Source: Pseudomonadota bacterium
GTDB taxonomy: Bacteria; UBA10199; 2-02-FULL-44-16; JBDRGF01
Reading direction: 5' to 3'
Length of the DNA stretch: 16,448 nt
Assembly (NCBI GenBank): GCA_043818055.1
Contig: JBDRGF010000155.1
Location: forward strand, 1-16,448
The translations under genes were made by a program, and so were the position numbers. A model generated the notes under the pieces. It was not told the origin of the DNA. It was given only the letters and a program-made list of their open reading frames with translations, and ran no database searches. Of the stretch, positions 1 through 7,001 are shown piece by piece; the stretch's first letter is position 1; each line of letters starts with the position of its first letter.

Positions 1-1511
1 TTCTCCAGGATGGATGTAGTCGCGTATTTCTTTTTTAAATAATCAAAGACAGCGCTTCTGTTCATGGTGATCAGCGCAACCAGATATTTTCTGCCGTCGC
101 CATAGATAAAAGCCTGTTCTATAAACCTGTTTCTGGTGAGCATCACTTCGAGATATGAAGGCACGATATTTTTTCCTGCGGCTGTCACGAAAACATCCTT
201 CTTTCTTCCCTCGATCTTCAGAAAGCCATTCCACATAAACGAACCGAGATCGCCTGTATGATACCAGCCCTCATCATCAAAGCTGTCGCGTTTGAATTTT
301 CCGTCATTCCAATATCCCGAAAAGACCATTGGTCCTTTGATCAATATCTCATGATCCGGGGCGATTTTAATTTCGGCACCCTCTACTGGTTTTCCAACGC
401 TACCAAGATGAAAATCGTCGGGGCGGTTCACACTTACAGCTGCGAATGTTTCGGTGAGACCATATCCCTCGAATACAGGCAGTCCAACGATATGGAAAAA
501 TTCGGCAATCTCAGGATCAAGAGTTGCGCCACCGCATATTATCGCCTCGAGATTTCCTCCCAGACGTGACCTCAGTTTTTTGAAAAGTAGATTCTGCGCC
601 AATAGATTTTCGAGATAAATTCTCGCGCCGGAGCGGCTCCCGCCCCTCAATAGTTCAAAATGTTCTCTTCCTATCTTTAACGAAAAATCTATCAGTTTTT
701 GAATGATGATATGCTGAGAGGCCCTCCATTCAAAGACCCTCTCATATATCTTCTCGAGCATTCTCGGAACGACGCAGGAAAAATGTGGCTGCAATACCAG
801 ATAATCGGAGGCCAGCTGGTCGATGCCGCGATTAAAAGCCAGGCGACATCCTTGTGAGAGCTGATAGAATTCAAGAAGTCTCCCCAGCACATGCGATAAG
901 GGAATGCATAACAGGCCGGTCTTTTCGGCGCTAAAATTATAGACCGACTTCACCGCATCGATCTCGGATGATATGTTCCTGTGAGTCAGCACGACTCCAC
1001 GAGGCTCTCCCGTGGTGCCGCTCGTGTAAACTATAGTCGCAATATCTTCCGGGAAAATTTCGGGAAGTGAAGTTTTCTCTTCACATAGAAGTTTTTCGTA
1101 AAATAACGCGTTATCTGATTTTCCCTCTTTGAACATGACAACGCGATGATTCGACGAAATTCTCCTCAAAATTTTATCATCCTCCGCAAAGATGAGCTTG
1201 GCGCCTGAATCCCTGATGATAGACTCTATGTTCGCATTGGAGAGATGTGGATAGACAGGAACCGTGACGCACCCTATGGAAAGAATCGCAAGATCGGCCA
1301 CTACCCAATGATGGGAATTGGGAGCAACGATACAAACTCTATCCCCTTTCTTCAATCCTTGCCTGGTCAAACCATAGGAAAGAGCTTTGACCTTATCTGC
1401 CACCTGTTGCCAGCTTGAGGTAATCCATTTTCCTTCACTCCAGTACTTCCAGCATGGAGCGTCAGCAAGATGAGATGCATTTTTAAAAAATTGCTCAGTA
1501 ATCGATCTCAT
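1..1511 (-). CDS. Long-chain fatty acid--CoA ligase / AMP-dependent synthetase (FadD15-like), 3' end off window
   Basis: Not in the ORF track because no stop falls in the window. Manual translation from ATG at 1511 (MRSITEQFFKNASHLADAPCWKYW...) is open to position 3 and contains the ANL motifs IVYTSGTTGEPRGVVLTH, EGYGLTET, WYHTGDLG and GRKKDVFVTAAGKNI. Starts 3 nt after the yraN stop. Confidence 0.92.
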   Translation of the reverse strand, partial: MRSITEQFFKNASHLADAPCWKYWSEGKWITSSWQQVADKVKALSYGLTRQGLKKGDRVCIVAPNSHHWVVADLAILSIGCVTVPVYPHLSNANIESIIRDSGAKLIFAEDDKILRRISSNHRVVMFKEGKSDNALFYEKLLCEEKTSLPEIFPEDIATIVYTSGTTGEPRGVVLTHRNISSEIDAVKSVYNFSAEKTGLLCIPLSHVLGRLLEFYQLSQGCRLAFNRGIDQLASDYLVLQPHFSCVVPRMLEKIYERVFEWRASQHIIIQKLIDFSLKIGREHFELLRGGSRSGARIYLENLLAQNLLFKKLRSRLGGNLEAIICGGATLDPEIAEFFHIVGLPVFEGYGLTETFAAVSVNRPDDFHLGSVGKPVEGAEIKIAPDHEILIKGPMVFSGYWNDGKFKRDSFDDEGWYHTGDLGSFMWNGFLKIEGRKKDVFVTAAGKNIVPSYLEVMLTRNRFIEQAFIYGDGRKYLVALITMNRSAVFDYLKKKYATTSILE

Positions 1512-1514
1512 ATG

Positions 1515-1970
1515 TCAATCTATAGCGCAAAATACCCCGACTAGCAACTCAACTTGAGGATTATTTTCGGCGTCAAAGATGACAGATATCGCACCAAAAT
1601 CTGTGCGAGGCCACTCCTTATTCCTGAAGTTCCTACTCATATACCAGCTGGCAACGCGCCTTATCCTCTCCTGTTTCTTACGGTCTATTCTCTCAAGGGG
1701 ATCAAATTTATTGGTATATGAACTCTTCACTTCAAAAAAGATGATGGTTTTGTCCTTTTTGGCTATGATATCGATCTCACCCAGCGGAGTTGTATAATTT
1801 CGCTCCAATAGCGCATATCCACCCTTCCTGAGATAGGACGAGGCTATCTCCTCTGAATAAGCGCCCGACTCCCTGGAAGATTTTAGTTGCGCCTCACCTT
1901 TAGTTGTGTTACGGGCTTTTGTTCCAAACCATGATTTCAGGAGGTTTTTTATGTCTCGCAAATGTTCCAT
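1515..1970 (-). CDS. yraN: YraN family (UPF0102) PD-(D/E)xK putative endonuclease; start uncertain
   Basis: Signature GAYSEEIASSYL-x3-GY-x-LLERNY-x3-LGEIDIIA...FFEVKS. The ATG at 1970 lies inside antisense rpmB and has no clear SD. Confidence 0.88.
   Translation of the reverse strand: MEHLRDIKNLLKSWFGTKARNTTKGEAQLKSSRESGAYSEEIASSYLRKGGYALLERNYTTPLGEIDIIAKKDKTIIFFEVKSSYTNKFDPLERIDRKKQERIRRVASWYMSRNFRNKEWPRTDFGAISVIFDAENNPQVELLVGVFCAID
1887..1915 (+). promoter_or_regulatory. Possible sigma70-type promoter for rpmB inside the yraN coding region
   Basis: TTGCGC-17 nt-TACGGG with an extended -10 TG (1907-1908), about 35 nt upstream of the rpmB ATG. Weak match. Confidence 0.25.
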
Positions 1971-2151
1971 ATGTGATAAAACAAGGCGAATGGGAAAAAA
2001 AGTCTCTCATTCTAACAACAGGTCTCCCAAGGTCTCTAATGCGAATCTGCAATCTGTTAGAACCAATAAGGGGAAAAAGCTTGTTTGCACAAGATGCATC
2101 AGAAGTGGCAAAGTAATAAAACATGTTGCTACCCGTGCGTCTGTCTCCTGA
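1951..2151 (+). CDS. rpmB: 50S ribosomal protein L28, zinc-binding (C+) form
   Basis: MSRKCSICDK...GKKVSHSNNRS...ANLQ...VCTRCIRSGKV, with two CxxC pairs. SD GGAGG at 1940-1944 supports ATG 1951 over the ORF-track start at 1906. Confidence 0.95.
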   Translation: MSRKCSICDKTRRMGKKVSHSNNRSPKVSNANLQSVRTNKGKKLVCTRCIRSGKVIKHVATRASVS

Positions 2152-4273
2152 CTGATATAATTCCCTTCAGACTCTCTAAAGCATGGGTGATCTTGCGCAA
2201 GTGAGATACATCCTTCACCTCAACTTCGAACTTTCCGTTAGCAGTTCCGTCATCATTCGCATGTACTTCTGCAGATGTGATGTTTCCTTCAGCATCAGAT
2301 ATTGCTTCACTCATAAGGGCCAGCTGTCCTGACTTATTGACGGTGACTACTATGAGGGTAGCTGTTGTGACACGCCCCTCATCGACATCCCATTCCACAT
2401 CTATCTTTCTGGCTGGGTCCATGCCGATCACGCGCGCGCAATCAAAACGATGCACCGTAACACCCTTGCCTCTTGTGACAAAACCTACAATCGCATCCCC
2501 CGGAATTGGCTGACAGCATTTGGCAAAGGAAATCTGCACATCGGTGAGACCGCCCACTCTGACTAATCCCTTGGGGCGCCTAAATTTACTGACGATGCGC
2601 TGTAATACCGATTCCTTCTTCTCTTTAATTTCCTCTTCATCGAAACCAAGCAGGCCGATGATCTTCTTTGTCGAAAGCTTTCCGTATGCTATAGCTGTAA
2701 AAACACCCTCTTCGGAATGATATCCGCTCTTCTTTACAAAATCCCGAAAGATCTCGTTCTTCGCAATCTCTTTATACGTCATCTTGAACTTACTTAATGA
2801 TTTTTCCAGGAGCTCCTTACCCACTGTCGCACTCTGATCGACTTCGAGCTTTCTAAGATGCTGTCTGATCTTGGTCTTCGCCCTGCTCGTCTTGACAAAG
2901 CTCATCCAGTCCTTGTGAGGCGTGCCATGTTTCTGCGTTATCACTTCAACTGTATCTCCGCTTCTAAGCTGATATCTCAGAGGAACTATTTTTCCATTCA
3001 CCTTCGCACCGACACAGGTGTTCCCGACATCAGTATGAATCGAATAAGCAAAATCAAGAGGTGTGCTACCGCGGGGAAGCTCTTTCAAAAGTCCCTTGGG
3101 GGTAAAGACGTAAACATCGTCGGCAAAGAGATCGAGCTTGATCGTATCCATGAACTCCGCAGGATCGGAGAGTTCCTTCTGCCATTCGAGGAGGCGGCGC
3201 AGCCATTTGAACTTCAACTCATCCTTATCTTCAATCTGCCCACCATCCTTGTACTTCCAGTGCGCGGCGATTCCATGCTCGGCGATCACATGCATCTCAT
3301 GTGTTCTTATCTGAAATTCGATCCTCTCACCATGGAGGCCTATTACAGTCGTGTGAAGCGACTGATAGTTATTGGCCTTGGACATCGCTATGTAATCTTT
3401 GAATCTGCCGGGAACCGGGCGCCACAGCGCATGGATGATACCGAGGGCTTCATAACACTTCGGAATATCATCTACTATGAGCCTGAAGGCCACTATGTCG
3501 TGAACTTCATCGAAGGGAATATTCTGCGCCTGCATCTTTCGCCAGACGCTGTAATAATGTTTAAGCCTGCCGTAGAACTTAAATTCAACATTGTGAGATT
3601 TCATCTCCTCTTCGACTATTTTGTGTATCTCCTTTATATATTTCTCGCGAGTGGCTTTGCGCTTCTGACAACCCTCATCTATCTTCTGGTAAATGGTCGG
3701 CTTTAGATGTTTGAATGAGAGATCCTCGAGCTCGATCTTCATCTCCTGAATTCCAAGCCGGTTGGCGATTGGGGCATAGATATCGCGCGTCTCTCTTGCT
3801 GTCGCTATCCTACTCCGCTCGGACATGTACTCAAGCGTCCTCATGTTGTGTAATCTGTCTGCGAGCTTCACGAGGATGACCCTGATATCCTGGGACATCG
3901 CCATGATCATCTTCCGAAAATTCTCGGCCTGTTCTTCCTCTCTCGAGCTGAAATGTATCTTCGAGAGCTTGGTCACGCCATCGACGAGAAGTTTGACCTC
4001 TGTGCCGAAAAGCTGTTCGACCTCCTCGAGGGTCGCGACCGTATCCTCGACTGTATCATGCAAAAGAGCAGTGACGATCGAAGGCACATCGAGCTGCATG
4101 CGTGCCAGAATTGCCGCTACTTCCAGCGGGTGGATCAGATAGGGTTCACCCGATCGACGCGTCTGTCCCTGATGGACCTTGGCCGAAAAAACGTAGGCCT
4201 TCTTGATCTCATCGAGATCGGCTTTTTTGTTGTAGCTGGAGACTATGTCGAGTATTTCACTAAGCCTTATCAT
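2129..4273 (-). CDS. spoT: Bifunctional (p)ppGpp synthetase/hydrolase (long RSH, Rel/SpoT)
   Basis: Intact hydrolase motifs (RRSGEPY, HDTVED, ADRLHNMRT), synthetase motifs (GRLK, YQSLHT, EFQIRT), TGS (VFTPKG...DFAYSIHT), ZFD (CCQPIPGD...HRFDC) and a C-terminal ACT domain. Confidence 0.96.
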   Translation of the reverse strand: MIRLSEILDIVSSYNKKADLDEIKKAYVFSAKVHQGQTRRSGEPYLIHPLEVAAILARMQLDVPSIVTALLHDTVEDTVATLEEVEQLFGTEVKLLVDGVTKLSKIHFSSREEEQAENFRKMIMAMSQDIRVILVKLADRLHNMRTLEYMSERSRIATARETRDIYAPIANRLGIQEMKIELEDLSFKHLKPTIYQKIDEGCQKRKATREKYIKEIHKIVEEEMKSHNVEFKFYGRLKHYYSVWRKMQAQNIPFDEVHDIVAFRLIVDDIPKCYEALGIIHALWRPVPGRFKDYIAMSKANNYQSLHTTVIGLHGERIEFQIRTHEMHVIAEHGIAAHWKYKDGGQIEDKDELKFKWLRRLLEWQKELSDPAEFMDTIKLDLFADDVYVFTPKGLLKELPRGSTPLDFAYSIHTDVGNTCVGAKVNGKIVPLRYQLRSGDTVEVITQKHGTPHKDWMSFVKTSRAKTKIRQHLRKLEVDQSATVGKELLEKSLSKFKMTYKEIAKNEIFRDFVKKSGYHSEEGVFTAIAYGKLSTKKIIGLLGFDEEEIKEKKESVLQRIVSKFRRPKGLVRVGGLTDVQISFAKCCQPIPGDAIVGFVTRGKGVTVHRFDCARVIGMDPARKIDVEWDVDEGRVTTATLIVVTVNKSGQLALMSEAISDAEGNITSAEVHANDDGTANGKFEVEVKDVSHLRKITHALESLKGIISVRRQTHG

Positions 4274-4839
4274 CTTTTATGTGTCCAGTTTTCATCTATG
4301 ATTGCGATGACCTTAGCCACAGCATTTTCAACTTCATCATTGATGACTTTATAATCGTATCTGTCCTGAAATTCCAGCTCATCTTTAGCACTCTTTAATC
4401 TGATTTCCACATCCTTTTTTGAATCGGTATTTCTATCCAATAACCGTCTTTTCAACTCCTCAAAACTTGGAGGCAAAAGAAATATCAAAACGGTCTCAGG
4501 ATACTTCTCCCTGATAGCAAGACCGCCCTGTATATCAACATCTAGTATTAGAGCATCTCCACAAGCCAGGGCAGAATCGATCTGATTCCGTGGCGTTCCT
4601 TTATATTGACCATAGACGAGAGCCCATTCGGCAAAACCGTCATCATCTATCATCTTTTTGAATTGATCGACACTCACGAAGTAATAATCTTTTCCATCAA
4701 CCTCGCCTTTGCGGGGTTCACGCGTCGTGTATGAAATTGAAACTTTGATATCCTGTCGCTCACGCAACAACTGAGATACAACCGTAGATTTTCCGGAACC
4801 GGATGGGGCTGAGATGACAAAAAGTTTACCTTTGTTCAT
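4270..4839 (-). CDS. gmk: Guanylate kinase
   Basis: P-loop SAPSGSGKST, SYTTREPRKGEVDGKDYYFVS, LDVDIQG, FLLPPS. 4-nt ATGA overlap with rel/spoT. Confidence 0.97.
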   Translation of the reverse strand: MNKGKLFVISAPSGSGKSTVVSQLLRERQDIKVSISYTTREPRKGEVDGKDYYFVSVDQFKKMIDDDGFAEWALVYGQYKGTPRNQIDSALACGDALILDVDIQGGLAIREKYPETVLIFLLPPSFEELKRRLLDRNTDSKKDVEIRLKSAKDELEFQDRYDYKVINDEVENAVAKVIAIIDENWTHKR

Positions 4840-4842
4840 ATC

Positions 4843-5685
4843 CTATTCCAGGTTTTGAACTTGTTCTCTTAAGCGTTCAAGCTCCGATTTTGACTCGACA
4901 ACAAGGTGTGAAATCAGAGCTTCACATGCCTTTGAACCGATAGTATTTAATTCTCTGTTCATCTCCTGAAGCAGAAAGTCGAGTTTCCTTCCGACAGGTT
5001 CTTTTAAATTGATTAGGGATGTGTACTGGGAAATGTGGCTCATGAGCCTCTCCAGCTCCTCAGTTATATCCTGTCTGGAGAATTCCTCACAACGATCGGA
5101 TTCCCCAGCCAACTTCGCATTGGCTGCCTTTTTGTATAATATCTTCTGTTTAGACATGCTCGTTTTTCTAATTTTCCTAACCGCTGCTGACAATGTTTTC
5201 AAATGTTTTTTCTGCTCTTTTATTATATATCGTCCCTCTTTCAGGCGCATGCCATCTACGCTCAACAGGGTTTGATCGACAAGCTTTTTGATCTGAGGAA
5301 GCATGGGTGCGAGAGAACCGGAGTTGTCCTCCTTTATTATAAAATCGTCGTAATTGGCCTTCTCCAGAGGATCGTCGAGCGGAGGAAGATCCAGTTCTTT
5401 CCGAAATTTTTTAATCGCTTTTATGTAACGCTGGGCGAGGTCTTTATTCACCGTAAGATCTGGATCTCCAAATACCGGCCTTAGCTCGCGAACAAAAACA
5501 TCTACCCTGCCACGAAAAACCCTCTCCCTGATCCATCCTCTCAGATGGGACTCAAGAGGGCTGAGTGAATTTGAAAGTTTAATATTTACATCGCAATACC
5601 GATGATTGAGGGTTTTTACTTCAACGGATATTCTACCCTTACCGACTACACCACTGCATGATCCATAACCTGTCATAGAACGCAT
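4843..5685 (-). CDS. yicC: YicC/YloC family endoribonuclease
   Basis: N-terminal MRSMTGYG, LNHRY and RGRVD; C-terminal DITEELERL, GRKLDFLLQEMNRELNTIGSK and REQVQNLE. Canonical position upstream of gmk. Confidence 0.94.
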   Translation of the reverse strand: MRSMTGYGSCSGVVGKGRISVEVKTLNHRYCDVNIKLSNSLSPLESHLRGWIRERVFRGRVDVFVRELRPVFGDPDLTVNKDLAQRYIKAIKKFRKELDLPPLDDPLEKANYDDFIIKEDNSGSLAPMLPQIKKLVDQTLLSVDGMRLKEGRYIIKEQKKHLKTLSAAVRKIRKTSMSKQKILYKKAANAKLAGESDRCEEFSRQDITEELERLMSHISQYTSLINLKEPVGRKLDFLLQEMNRELNTIGSKACEALISHLVVESKSELERLREQVQNLE

Positions 5686-5686
5686 A

Positions 5687-6343
5687 TTAATTTCCCTCTC
5701 TCATTAGTTTAGTCTCTCCAATTTCAATCACATCACCTATTTCCAGTATCTTCGATTCAACCTCTTTGCCGTTCACAAAAGTCCCGTTTCTGCTGACAAG
5801 ATCGAGCACACCCACTGTTTCTCCATCATAGAATATCATAACATGAAGGCGCGAAACGTTAAGATCAGTCAAGACAACATCTGACGCCCTTCGAAAACTT
5901 CCAAACTCTTTCTCCTTAGGATCTCTATCCTCACCCTTTTTCATCTTCCTGAACTGTTGCGATATGTAATTGGTGATCAGCCTTTTAGTATTGTCGTCGA
6001 TGGAGAGTGCGAAATCGACGGAGAAAACGCTCGTCTTTTCAGGATCGGAAGATGATCTGCCCATTCCCCTGCATATTCCTGCCTCGACTGAAAAGGTGAG
6101 TCCTTTGTCCGGTCCCTCTATTACTCTAAAAAGAGAGGGTGTTGCCAAAACGCCAACACCCTCTGATGATACATTTCCAAGATCCAAAGCCTCGTCCATA
6201 GTCATTATCGGAACGTTATCCCTGATTGGGAATTTCAACTGACAGCTAGCACACATCAGGCTTCGATCTTCATCAACCAATTGTATAGCTCGCTTACATT
6301 TTGGACAGACTAAAGCTTCAAAGAGCCTCTTCGCCAGAGCCAT
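5687..6343 (-). CDS. Trm112/YcaR-like zinc-ribbon fused to an FHA domain containing a large insertion
   Basis: aa 1-55 LVCPKCK...LMCASCQLKFPIRDNVPIMTMDEA match the Trm112p/YcaR pattern. FHA motifs: G95-R96, DxxVSRxH (160-167), SRNGTFVNG (184-192) and L-x-x-GD-x-I-x-IG. Abuts the skp stop (TAAATG) and the yicC start. Confidence 0.85.
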   Translation of the reverse strand: MALAKRLFEALVCPKCKRAIQLVDEDRSLMCASCQLKFPIRDNVPIMTMDEALDLGNVSSEGVGVLATPSLFRVIEGPDKGLTFSVEAGICRGMGRSSSDPEKTSVFSVDFALSIDDNTKRLITNYISQQFRKMKKGEDRDPKEKEFGSFRRASDVVLTDLNVSRLHVMIFYDGETVGVLDLVSRNGTFVNGKEVESKILEIGDVIEIGETKLMREGN

Positions 6344-6904
6344 TTACTTCTTTCCCTTTTTTGAATTGAAATCCTTGATCACGCGATCAGTCAGATCACT
6401 CCCAGCCGGGGCATAAAGAACTACGTCACGAGAAGTTTCCAGTATCATAGTATAGTTATCCTGGCCGCCAATCCCCTGAACCAAAGCACGTAATCTTTCG
6501 ACGATCCCTTGAGTCAATTCCATCTCCTTCTTAGCAACATCCTGCTGGAATTGTCCCATCTGCTGCTGAACCTCCATGAACTTACGCCTGAATTCCTCTT
6601 CCTTCTCCTTCAAAGCATCGGGAGAGAGCACCAGCCTCTTCTTCTCAAGTTCGGTTTTCATATCCTTGAGTTCCTGTTCATAAGCAGCGAGTTTTTGCTT
6701 TTTTACATTTACTTCTACCTCTAACGCTTTTTTGGCCTTTTTTCCCTCTTCCACTTCATTCAGGGCACGATTGATGTCGACATAGCCAAACTTCATGTCG
6801 GAGCAACAATTGCCAGAGGCCTTCGTCGCCGCCTGAGCATTTGAAACTGAGTAGCCGACCAAGAACATCATGACCACTAACACAGACACTTTAAAAATCT
6901 TCAT
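6344..6904 (-). CDS. skp: OmpH/Skp periplasmic chaperone
   Basis: Signal peptide MKIFKVSVLVVMMFLVGYSVSNAQA, KFGYVDINRAL, long coiled coil and a C-terminal VLYA...DLTDRVIK. Downstream of bamA. SD GGAGG supports ATG 6904 over 6991. Confidence 0.9.
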   Translation of the reverse strand: MKIFKVSVLVVMMFLVGYSVSNAQAATKASGNCCSDMKFGYVDINRALNEVEEGKKAKKALEVEVNVKKQKLAAYEQELKDMKTELEKKRLVLSPDALKEKEEEFRRKFMEVQQQMGQFQQDVAKKEMELTQGIVERLRALVQGIGGQDNYTMILETSRDVVLYAPAGSDLTDRVIKDFNSKKGKK

Positions 6905-7001
6905 ATCTTCCTCCCTGCCATCTAGGCATAAAATTATATTTAGAACCCTATATAGTTGATTTCCTATATTATATTTGAAAGAGCATAACAAGCATTTTTG
7001 T

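Noticed and set aside
43..892. Short ORFs 43-234, 258-569 and 692-892
   Set aside because: They lie within or opposite the uninterrupted acyl-CoA ligase frame, which I checked at several motifs; no frameshift or pseudogene.
2858..3706. 282-aa plus-strand ORF
   Set aside because: Entirely antisense to the conserved rel/spoT gene with no recognisable motifs; a typical shadow ORF.
6905..6991. 29-aa N-terminal extension of Skp
   Set aside because: It would bury the signal peptide, and an SD sits before ATG 6904.
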